The notes under the pieces are model-generated. The model saw nothing but the letters and a program-made list of their open reading frames with translations, was not told where the DNA came from and did no database searches. A program made the translations under genes and the position numbers. A stretch of DNA of 64,000 nt from Lingula anatina (lineage: Eukaryota; Animalia; Brachiopoda): contig CM120645.1 in the NCBI GenBank assembly GCA_051362555.1, positions 24,270,934 through 24,334,933 on the forward strand, given 5' to 3'. Shown piece after piece: positions 52,105 through 63,241 of the stretch (position 1 is the first letter of the stretch; each line of letters opens with the position of its first letter).

Positions 52105-53133
52105 TTATGCAATACGCCCAACACGCTTAATTTCTTTGAAGAAATCTTTTCTAACCAAGAAAATGTCATTAATATCCTGCCATTTCCTGTCCAGGGCAGT
52201 GGACCCCAGGAGATGAAAGTCAAGCAGACCAGAAGAACCTCCTTGTATGTAACATGGGAAATAACCCATACGATTGAACCAGGTTTCAAAATATCGCACC
52301 TCGGGACTTTCCATTTTCTTCTTATGAAACAACCACTCAATTGTTATAACAGGAATATCTACAACAGAGAATAAAACATCAGATGCATTTAAAGCTTTAA
52401 GTTCCATGTCTTCTATATCCATTTTCATGAAAGCTTTGTTAAATCCGCCTGGTATAATACTCGGGAGGTCGTTCAGTGTTGTCGTCTTTTTTACAGTACT
52501 ATGGTCCAGAAACACGCTGGAACTGTTGTTTGATACAATGGCGACCCCACCCTTGTTTCCTTGCTCTTCATGAAACACGACATCTTCGTATTTGTCCGAC
52601 AGCGGGTTTGTCACCAAAGTCACTCTTGATTCCAAGTGCCCCAATTGCAAACTTCTGTGCAGACGAGAGACCGTTGGGGGATAAGGTTCGACGGCGATCA
52701 CCTGTTTTCCAAGTGCTGCAGCAATAATTGTCCATGTTCCCAAATTCGCTCCGATGTCAATTAAATTAAGTTCAGGATCTTCATTTGCCAGCGAACAAAA
52801 TATATTAATGTTCAATCTCTGCCAAACATGTCCCTGAAGTAAATAGCGAGATACCAATTTGTCTTCTTTGGCTTCATAGACGCAAATAGGTGCCGATATA
52901 ATTTCGGTAACTTTCATTTGAACACATTTAAAATCGTCTTCCGCTGGCAGTTGTAAATCTAAAACTTCCAAGTTAATTGACGATCTGCTTAAACGATTGT
53001 AATCACGAACCTCTGCCATCTTTACTTCTGTCTGCAATTCGTATCGAACGCGTGTTATCGGCAATAACGATTTTATCACCAATACCATCAACACTATAAA
53101 CAAGATATACCCCAAGATTCCACCGGGTCGCAT
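52105..53133 (-). CDS. FkbM-family methyltransferase, copy 3
   Basis: Intronless. ATG at 53133 (MRPGGILGY) aligns with the starts of the paralogues. LIDIGANLG; KMDIEDME variant. Confidence 0.9.
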   Translation of the reverse strand: MRPGGILGYILFIVLMVLVIKSLLPITRVRYELQTEVKMAEVRDYNRLSRSSINLEVLDLQLPAEDDFKCVQMKVTEIISAPICVYEAKEDKLVSRYLLQGHVWQRLNINIFCSLANEDPELNLIDIGANLGTWTIIAAALGKQVIAVEPYPPTVSRLHRSLQLGHLESRVTLVTNPLSDKYEDVVFHEEQGNKGGVAIVSNNSSSVFLDHSTVKKTTTLNDLPSIIPGGFNKAFMKMDIEDMELKALNASDVLFSVVDIPVITIEWLFHKKKMESPEVRYFETWFNRMGYFPCYIQGGSSGLLDFHLLGSTALDRKWQDINDIFLVRKDFFKEIKRVGRIA

Positions 53134-54160
53134 ATTTCTCTGACCGTGCAGTTTTGCCTTGATTCTTCTACATGTATATATATATATATATATGCTTGTG
53201 ATTTTGGGGAAGTTGACTGTGAACTTCCTGAACTGCAATGTAGCAAATTTCGTTTTTCTTTAAATAATATAGTGTAATGATATAATATACATCTATCTAA
53301 TGTAGAAATGTGCGGGTCTTGATAGCAAAAGCGATCTGGTATTGCTCATGCTTTATTTCCATAACAACTTCGTCACTTCCACTCCTGCCAACTAAATTAA
53401 AATCACAATTAAGATTTGATACCGGCTTTCAAATATGTACACCTCATATATATAACCATATTCTAGCGCAGTTATCTACTTCTTACATTAGGCAAATAAA
53501 TTCTAAATCAATTTTCAAGGTAAGTGTAATTAGTAAGATTCATCTTTGATATTATATGACAAATGAAGCATATTACACAAATCTTACATTATATGTTATA
53601 TATTAAAAGTTATGATGAACACTATTTCTTTATTTTATATTATGGCTCATAGTATTTTATAGAGTCTCCTCGTATATCTTAATTGCAGCATATATCCCAA
53701 GCCCTCAGCCTTCTGTGATGGCTCCCCGGCTGATGTCATCATGCAACTACAGGCGCCCCTAGCGTTTTAATTGAAACTAAGCATTAGAGTCCAAGCATGC
53801 AGTCAGATTTATTGGCATATTTATTTATTTTTCAAAAATGGTCGACATTGTTTTGTAAACACATGGTCTCTCAAAACAATAAGTTTCAAAATTCAACCAA
53901 ACATTAATATTAAGCCTGGGGCAAAGTCACGAGCCTCGTGTGGATCGTGTGGTTTACGGTAACGTGGCGAAGGTATCAGTGTTGTTTTCCAAAGTGGATG
54001 GACTCCCAGATCTGATTTCTCTGCTCTTTTACAGACAAATCACATCATTTTAAGCAACGAGTTTAAAATTTACCTGTTGGAATAGCAGGTACACATGGCA
54101 GTCAGCGATTAACGAACACACACAGACGTTCAAGGAGAACGCGGTAAAGGCTCATTTAAG

Positions 54161-56945
54161 ATGGATAACCCTGTGTGTACGGACAAAGAGGACGCCTTCG
54201 CTCTTAAAGAGAAGGCAAACACAGGGAAAAATTCACCGGTCACGGTTCGCACTACAAGACGGAGGTATCCCTGTCGTTGTGCCGAGTCAACGGTCAACGA
54301 TTTCGCTCTAAGCGTGAACTGCCAAGGCCTGCCTCAAATGTTCGGCGCCAACTCCGGCATTGTACGGCGAGTCGTTTGGTTTATCCTCATCAGTGGAGGG
54401 TTAGCATTGGCCATATTTCAGATCGTGGACCGCATTGAATTTTTCCTCTCTAAACCAGTGGCTATTCAGTCTGACGTGGTATGTCCGACCTCCGTACTGT
54501 TCCCCACGGTCACTATATGTAACTTCAACGCCATTCGTCTCAGCCGTGCCGAGAGTCTCCACGTCAAAGGACTGGTAGAAGATGTCTATCCATTGTCAAG
54601 GACTATTAGTCCTAATTTCACAGGTTACAGCTTTGCTAGATATGACTGGAAGTCGTTTTTCGAGTCTGTGGCTCATGAAGCGTCGGCTATCAAAGTGGTA
54701 AGTAAAAGGAATTAAACCGGCGAATTTCGGAGTTTATTATTTTCAATCGAATCTTATTAGTTTAACATCAGTGTATGGCATGCATAATCTGTTTCTAAAA
54801 TCCATATTCATCTTGCGAGTTAGACTTACTTTCTCATGAGTAAAATACGCATGCATGTACATAGCTCAGTAAATCATATAGACATATGCACCTTCGAGCT
54901 AAAATGAAAACTTTACTTTGACGGCTTTTTCATGATATATATGAATGCTTAAAGCTAATACTTGGCACTCAGATATTTGTATCGTATCATCATGATTTCC
55001 GTCTACGCAAATGGGTCCCCTTGTTTATTCTTTAAAAAATGAAGACGTTTTGTTTCGAAGAAAAAAAAACTGCATTTTAAGTTTTTATCACCACACGTGA
55101 ACTTCAATCTCAAAGTATAAGTGCATATATTCTATCAACATGGGTGTTTTTATATGATATTGCAATGAAGTCTGTAATTTATTACCATTAAATCAGACTT
55201 TGTGCAGTTTTAATCTACTTTCAGTGCATCTGGCAGGGTACAAAATGTACTGAGCAGAACTTCACCACCACCATGACAGACATGGGCGTCTGCTACTCCT
55301 TTAACACTGGTGAACATTTTATCTTACTGTAAAATATTGTATTTTACTATTCCTATGTATTGTTTTATCTGATAAATAGCTTTCATCCTGACAGACATGG
55401 GCGTATGCTGCTCCTTAAACAGTGGTGTTCAATTTTAGCATTTCATTATTTTTATCCGATTGTTAAATTTTGTATAAAAACTATTTAGGTCGTTAGTTTT
55501 TCAAAACTTTATCTAATTTATAAGAATAATTTTTTATAGCAGTTGGTTAACATGATGGTATCGTCTTGCCTAGGCGACGGTGCTGCCCTCCTCCGCAGTG
55601 ACAGCAGTGGCAGTCAGTACGGGCTCAGTCTCACCATGGATGCCATGCAACACGAGTACTTCAGAGGCTTTGCCGGGATAGGAGCTGGCTACAAGGTGAA
55701 CACCCATTATACCAGTATGTCCATCAGGAAGGGTTAGGTCCGTTCCTGTTTTCACCCCTTTTTGCAGGAGAAGGGCAAATCAGAATGCAAACAAGAAGTA
55801 ATATTAAGAAGAAGTGTGGGGAGTTAACATGCAGCTTCTATAGTGCAACAATTCCTCGATGCTGTATTATGTTTAATATTGGTAGAACATACGCAACATG
55901 CTATTTAAATTCAGTGAGTTCGGATTTGAAGGGTGGTGTTGATATGTGTTACTTTCAGGTGATGGTGCACGACCCCCGGGAGCCCCCTTTGATGGCCAAC
56001 CTCGGCTTCTCCGTGGGTGTTGGCATGCACACACTGGCTGCCTTAAAAATGTACAATGTAGGTGTGACAGGAATGTGATATTGACCACTTGATTATCTGT
56101 TCTTGGTTTACTTTGGCTGAAAATGAGATTATGTATCGTCCGTTTTTTTAACGTTTCCTCTTTTCAATTAATTTTTAGATCCGCCGTGCAAAGAGTTTGC
56201 CTTATTTTTATTTGAGATAAACAGAAGTTTGCTAAGTTACACAAAGTACTTTTTACTCTATTGCACACGTGCATATTAATGCATTTCTCTTTTTTCATAT
56301 TACACTACTACTACGACTACTACTCCTAATACTACAGAATAGTTTCCGTTCTGACTACATTATGAACGCTTTCAGATCAGTAACTTGGATACGGAAAACT
56401 GGGGGAAATGTCGTAGAAACATGACACTGAAATACTACGGCTACTACTCTCACTCTGCTTGTCGCCTGGAATGTCTGACAGACTTCATTATAAACAAGTG
56501 CAAATGCCAGTTTATCAATATGAGAGCTCCTAACGTACCGATATGCGACCCGAAACAAATCTTTGATTGCTACGAACCCAACCGGAATGTGTTCATAAAA
56601 GAAAAGGGCCAGTGCCAACAAGAATGCCCGATTCCCTGTGACTCCATCACCTATGACGTCAGTTTATCTCAGGCACCTCTATCTGATTATCACACCGGTA
56701 CCTTCACAGTGAACGACGTGAAACCCGACTATATCAAGAATAACTTCGTCCAGCTTGATATATTTTTTCAGGGTATATCTTATGAGCGTTTGGAGCAGTA
56801 CCCGGCCTACAACCCGTTTGCCCTGGGGTGTGACGTGGGTGGAGCAATGGGGCTGGTGCTGGGGGCCAGTGCCCTGACCCTGTGTGAGATAGTCGACTTT
56901 GTCATCGTTTGGGCTCTGAGAGGAAAAGGAAAACGTTTATGCTAA
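54161..56945 (+). CDS. DEG/ENaC/ASIC-family amiloride-sensitive channel subunit, 5 exons, 470 aa
   Basis: Exons 54161-54697, 55225-55309, 55574-55695, 55959-56057 and 56376-56945 splice in frame. TM1 RRVVWFILI, FPTVTICNFN, GVCYSFN, YGLSLTMD, Cys-rich thumb, and TM2 CDVGGAMGLVLGASALTLCE. Confidence 0.93.
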
Positions 56946-57212
56946 AATCACCAAAAGTATCTGTTGATATTATCAAATGAAAAGAAGGCTTAATTAAATT
57001 TGCGTTCACTATTGATGTTGGTTTAAACGGCACAAGAGATCAAGATCAAGTTAAATTACTGTGTCGTATCGCATCTACAACAATGTTGATTTAAGATACA
57101 GTAATGTGGGAGATAAGCATGTTTATTGTCAGCAGGAATATCTTCGTCCTTTTAAATAATAACCATATCACAACTATGCTGTTCAATATCAGTTATTGAA
57201 GAATGCGTTACT

Positions 57213-57227
57213 TTTATTGTCAATAAA
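57213..57227. terminator. Palindromic pair of polyadenylation signals between convergent genes
   Basis: TTTATTG-T-CAATAAA gives AATAAA on both strands, ~270 bp from each stop codon. Confidence 0.45.
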
Positions 57228-57480
57228 CGGTGACACAATGCACTGGGAAATAAAATACTGTAAACTACTACTGCTCATCAGTGTTGAGTCACATACAAAT
57301 ACCCTCGTTATCGCAGAGCCTGGCCTCGCAGTTGGCAGCGTCGTTCCTATCTAAATCAACCTCGAATATTGAGAAGTAAATAAACATCATTCTGTCAAAG
57401 TTACTAACTTCTTGTATTACAAATTCTTATTTGGTACACTGCAAAAGAAGCGCTGACCGCAAGAGACTTTGAAACCAAAG

Positions 57481-60400
57481 TTATGGTTTTTGCCATTTGG
57501 CCTGGCACACAAACCCCGCCGTGTCTGCGCAGCTCTTGTCCACGTACTGGAATGCGTCCTGAGTATCCATGGCAACGCAATCAAGGTTTTTCTTGGGATC
57601 GAATGGACGCCCAGTCGCCCAGGGAAGCACTGAGGGATAGTCGGAATCATCTACGTATTTGAAAACGTTGTCAAGTTTGTCCATGATGACTCCTGAAACA
57701 TACATTTTTCAGGTTTTAAGTACCAGTATTTGACGCATATGAGGTAAAGCGTACGGAGCACGACGGAAAGTATTTTAGATTCCTTGAAAATAAGGTCACA
57801 TTTAGCAAGTTCTATCTGCACCTTTTTTATAAATATATTTATTGATGTTTGTTATAAATGTTAATAAATTCATCATTCATTATTTGGTAAATTTTCATAG
57901 AACACTATCAATTGGAAGAAAATATTATTTTTTATATCTGTAAGCGGACCTCCGGTGATGGTTTGAGCACGTAATATATTTGATAAAGCGATTTTTCATT
58001 CTTAGTGGCTCTGTTTTGCATCTCTCCAAAATATACCGCTAAATGTGCGGCGGTAAAAAAAAAGTGGATGAAGTCATATATATACAACTCTTACTTTTCA
58101 TATGACGTCATATCCACCAAACTTAAATGAAATATGATATAAAAAGTTCGGGGGAAAAGGATAGACCTCTGTCCACTACGTCTTGAATGTTAAGTTACCA
58201 CCGTTTTTAGATTTTAAATAGCTCTAATGAAAATTTGATTTATATAAAATATATTTTAAACACTATATAACTAGTTCGACAAACTTCACCGAAAAAACTT
58301 TAAAATCTCAAACAATAATGATCTGTACATGAATTTCGTCAATATTTTCGCAATTGCAGTGGGTGTGGTGATTCCAAATTGGTATTTATCACCTGTGCAT
58401 TCCATGATTGTTTAACATCCAATCAAACAAAATAGCTTACGTACTTTTTACTAATGTTTATTACAATTACATGTAGCCCTAAAATGAACTCACCTATCCA
58501 CAAGAACCCCTGATTTTTGGCAATATTTCTGGTGAAAGCTTTGTAATCTCCCAAGGAGCTGAGCAGGGCCAGATCACCCCCCTCGCTGGTACAAGTAGCA
58601 CGTGACTGGGTGAAGGTCGACTTAGACAGGTGCACGCGATAACAGAAAGTGTTTCCGAACTTTGCGTAGTGCTGAGGACAACCCGAGGCACGCTCTGTTA
58701 AAAGAAAATATAAATTAATGAAAATACATTTCAAACTATCTTTTGTGTTCCAAACACACTGTAAGCAGGCGATATATTCTAGCCACATATTATAATTAGA
58801 CCAAGTCCACACCACCAAATAAAGGGTTGGTTCTCCTTGTGCTGGGTGACCTCCTTTACGCCACAGCATAAAATATACTTATTAAACATATCAAATATTA
58901 TTTTCAATAATCGAGGTATGTGGGAAAAATTTAAATGGTTGTATGTGTAGTAAATCGACCGTGGGCTTTACAGTAACAGATGCATTTCGCAGGGAAGGGA
59001 GCACTACTTTTCCGTAGATATCTTCACAGTTGAACAGAAATGAATGTGCAAAATATTAAATGTGAGTCATTTGTATTCGTACACATGTTAATTTAAAACT
59101 TTCGCTGTTTGTTTTTTTACGATGCCCTTTGGCACTTACTTTGACAATAAAAGCTGCCTTCAGTATTACGGCACTCTTCATAGAGACCACATATACTTGT
59201 GTCCTGGCATTCGTTGATATCTGAAGGCAAAGAAATATTACAATTACGTCTTTACTATTTTAGGCCAAACATGCCACGCTAAGAATGACATCAAATGTGT
59301 CTACATAAATTAATAAATCATAAAACGACCTTTTATCCACAATATCGTCTAGATGTAAACATTCCAGTTTATAAAGAGTGAACAGGAGCCCTTCTTCTAC
59401 CAGTGCCGCTGATTAATTACGTGCACTTTTTTCCGACGCGTGGAGCAATGTCCATGGATTAACCAGAGATATGGGACATATCAGTGAATATTTAGTGAAA
59501 ATTAATCTGTGGCCCTGGTAGAGGGTACACATGGCCAGGTACTCGATATATTAGTAATACACTGTGCATGTAGTATCCCCTACCTTCACAGGTGATCGTG
59601 GAGGGGTTACACTGGAAACCTGGCTTACAGTTGCACGTCTTGGCGCACTTCCCATCTTAAAAAATCAAATTTTTTTTTTAGACGTCGGTAGGTGGAGCCT
59701 GAGGCTTGTATGATATTATGGGGTACAATTGCCACTGCGTCCTAGTCTCTCACGTCTTTTATTGCTTTGTTTACGACTCGGTTTTGTGACCAGAGAGAGT
59801 GAGAGAGAGTGTGTGTTAAAGAAACGTGTGTCCTAGCAATATCAGTGTCAAGCACGGCTTGTATAATAAAAGACAAAAAAGTATTATTTTATCATGATTT
59901 CCTTTGTAGGCCTACATATATTTCGTAAAGTTAAAAAGACAATAATACCTGTCTGGTCTAGAATACTACCCCTACCTGTCCATCTGGTTCAGAATACTAC
60001 CCCCTACCTGTCCATCTGGTTCAGAATACTACCCCCTACCTGTCCATCTGGTTCAAAATACTTCCCCCTACCTGTCCATCTGGTTCAGAATACTACCCCC
60101 TACCTGTCCATCTGGTTCAGAATACTATCCCCTACCTGTCCGTCAGGTCCAGAATACTTCCCCCTACCTGTCCATCTGGTTAAGAATACTACCACCTACC
60201 TGTCCGTCTCGTCCATTGGTCTGTACTGGAGTTCACGTCACATTCCTGGCAGGGATCTCCAGGGTGACTCTCACCGTCCGCAATACAGTACCCGTTAATC
60301 ACGCACGTGCCAGCCTGCACAGAAAAAAAGAAAAGATTTGTCAATATTCAGGGAGGATAACTCCTCTGTAAGTTCAGCACTGTGCACCAAATCGGCGTGG

Positions 60401-60981
60401 TCATGTGTGTATTGGGGTGGGGATGAGGGAGGGGAGGGAGAGAAAACTCAGTCAACAATTAAATCACTTCTTTTCAAGTTTTTCCGATAACTCAATGTTC
60501 ATGTCCAAACGTCAGTCATTTCTGTAATAATAATAATAATAATAATAATTGTGTGTTGTTGCACATTTCAGTCCTCGTCGAACAAGGTCCACGTACTTTC
60601 ACCATGCAGACATCCTCCAGACAATTTAGCAGTCCACACTCAATGGGAACTTTTTGTAGCCCAAGGCATTACTGAATTAGGTTTATTCCGCGTCTTGGTA
60701 CACCTGGGTATTCCACCTACCTTTCTGACACAGGTATGGCCGGTACACGTGACACACTTGGAGTCATAGACTGTGACGTTCACGGCGTTGGAATAGTCTT
60801 TCCCGTTATTGCTGACGACAAGAGTGAAACCGAGGGCAGGTGTGCCTGGTGATGACGTCACACCGTCAAATATCTTTACAAAGTGTGGCGGTAATGCGCA
60901 TGTCATTTCTGCGAAGGAAATCATAGCTGCAGTGGTGTCTGAGACCATGCCTGGGGTACGGATACTGGTGGATAGATCAAT
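57481..60981 (-). CDS. VWDE-like / calcium-binding EGF / C-type lectin mosaic protein, last 6 exons (5' part not in window)
   Basis: Exons 60981-60721, 60314-60200, 59655-59584, 59220-59140, 58694-58494 and 57692-57481 join in frame through GT-AG introns. VSNNGKDYS..TVYDSKC and TCVINGYC..DPCQECD resemble the C-terminus of invertebrate VWDE-like proteins. DINECQ..CRNTEGSFYC is cbEGF-like. CP..FCY..C..GGDLA..WIG..C..C..FVC is a CTLD. Confidence 0.85.
59946..60205. repeat. 32 bp minisatellite, ~8 copies, overlapping an exon/intron junction
   Basis: Unit TACCTGTCCATCTGGTTCAGAATACTACCCCC. TACCTG recurs at 59946, 59973, 60005, 60037, 60069, 60101, 60133, 60165 and 60197. Confidence 0.95.
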
Positions 60982-61544
60982 CTGAAATTGAGAACTTATT
61001 GCATTGATTTCATTTCTTGACGTTACATTTGACCGAAACAAATGAAATATATTTACAGTATAAATACATGGGGAAAAGCTGGATTTTACTTTTGCACGTT
61101 ACAATTCATATCACCACTTTCCGACATCCCACGGTTACACTGTCCATTGATAACTATAATAAAACATTTCCATTGTGCAAATACCATAACAGCATTTAAA
61201 ATGATACTTGTTTGATTTCAGCGAATAAGGCATACTATACGGCGCTTTACTCATAGCTTGCCACTGCTTGTCTTGCCACAGTTTTACCGCGTCGACGACG
61301 GTCGTAAAATACACAGTATGGGACTAATACCCCCAAGCAATACCAGTGCATTAATATTAAATGAATACTAAGTACGATATCTGTTCTCGATATAATAACT
61401 TTATTATGTTGGGCCAATCCCCCCAAGCTATTTGATATTTTGGATTAATATTTTATGATACTGACTACGATACCCATTCTTGTAGCAGTCAGTAAGAAGC
61501 TCAAACGACAAAAATTCGGCACCAAAAGTAGTTCACAGAGAAAA

Positions 61545-62570
61545 ATGAAGACCATTAGATCCTTGGGGTATGTATTGGTGACAGTGCTGATGGTATGGGT
61601 GATAAAATCGTTATTGCCAACAACACGTGTCAAACGTGAATTCCAAGGAGAAGTAAACACACCAGAGGTTCTTGATTATCATCGTCTCAACAAATCGTCG
61701 AACTTGGATTTGTTAGATTTACAACTGCCAGCGAATGACGACTTTAAGTGCGTTCAAATGATAATAACTGGAACTATATCGGCGCCTATCTGTGTCTATG
61801 AAGCCGAAGAAGACAAATATGTCTCTGGGGCTTTACTTCGTGGTGGAACGTGGCAGAGCGAAAGCATTGTTGTCTTCTGTTTACTGACAAATGAAGATCC
61901 TGAACTCAATTTGATAGATCTTGGGGCGAATTTGGGAACATGGACAATTATTGCTGCAGCACTTGGAAAACTGGTGATCGCCGTGGAACCTTTCCCGCCA
62001 ACGATCTCTCGTCTGCACAGAAGTTTGCAACTGGGTCACTTGGAATCTAGAGTGACTTTGGTGACAAATCCGCTGTCGGACAAATACGAACACGTCGTGT
62101 TTCATGAAGAGAAAGGGAACAAAGGTGGGGTCGCCATCGCGTCGAAAAATAGTTCTAAGGAGTTACTGGACCATACCACCGTAAAAAAGACGACAACATT
62201 GAACGACCTCGCGAATATTATACCAGGCAGATTTAACAAAGCTTTCATGAAAATGGATATTGAAGACATGGAACTTAAAGCTTTAAATGCATCTGATGTT
62301 TTATTCTCTGCTGTAGATATTCCTGTTATAGCAATCGAGTGGCTGTTTCATAAGAAAAAAATGGAAAGTCCCGAGGTGCGATATTTTGAAACCTGGTTCA
62401 ATCGTATGGGTTATTTCCCATGTTACACACAAGGAGGTTCTTCTGGTCTTCTTGACTTTCATCTCCTGGGGGCTATTGCCTTGGACAGGAAATGGCGGGA
62501 TATTAATGATATTTTCTTGGTTAGAAAAGATTTCTTCAAAGAAATTAAGCGCGTTGTGCGTATTGTGTAA
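61545..62570 (+). CDS. FkbM-family methyltransferase, copy 4
   Basis: Intronless. ATG at 61545 (MKTIRSLGY) aligns with the paralogues. LIDLGANLG; KMDIEDME variant. Confidence 0.9.
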   Translation: MKTIRSLGYVLVTVLMVWVIKSLLPTTRVKREFQGEVNTPEVLDYHRLNKSSNLDLLDLQLPANDDFKCVQMIITGTISAPICVYEAEEDKYVSGALLRGGTWQSESIVVFCLLTNEDPELNLIDLGANLGTWTIIAAALGKLVIAVEPFPPTISRLHRSLQLGHLESRVTLVTNPLSDKYEHVVFHEEKGNKGGVAIASKNSSKELLDHTTVKKTTTLNDLANIIPGRFNKAFMKMDIEDMELKALNASDVLFSAVDIPVIAIEWLFHKKKMESPEVRYFETWFNRMGYFPCYTQGGSSGLLDFHLLGAIALDRKWRDINDIFLVRKDFFKEIKRVVRIV

Positions 62571-63241
62571 TCAGAAATAATGACATCTCAATCCCTGAAA
62601 CGGCTTTGTTGATCTAAATTGAATAGAGACATTTGGGGATAAATGACACAGATAAAAATATAGGTGGGTGAAGGTTAAAGATATGAACAAGGTTACATGA
62701 CATCGCTACATTAATGCGTAGCTTTGTTCACAAATATCAGATTTAAATTCTACACCCCCCCCCCCAAAAAAAAAGATATCAATATATGGGAATATACCTG
62801 TTTTGTTACTACTGTCCAATATTCTAATTCATAAGTACACAGTTCTGTATAAATCTACGTACACAGAGCCATCATAGGTAATGTTACCAACGTGAGACCC
62901 ATTACCGAATAAAAAATGTGACTGTGTTATTCAAGCACTTGTTTAAGAAATGATAAAATGAAATATTTACTTATCGCCTGCCTTTTACCCTGGCAATGGG
63001 CTCTTGGAATATGCAAAACTTTAGAACACAAACCCAAAAACAAAATATTGAATAATCTACATTAGGCATTATATATAGGAGTGAATGGCGATAATGTGAT
63101 AGTGGGTTCTGGGCTGCAATAGTCCATTAGCGCAGATTTATCAATAACGTTATTACCGCAGGGAGGGTAAATTCTTTGTCTACCTTTGCCAAGAGAAAAA
63201 CTTTGCACGGCAAAATCGGTACAAAAAATTGCTAGGAAAAT

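Noticed and set aside
59894-60298. 134 aa repetitive ORF, and a CRISPR-like look of the 32 bp repeats
   Set aside because: The ORF is a by-product of the minisatellite. The repeats are contiguous without spacers, there are no cas genes, and the context is eukaryotic.
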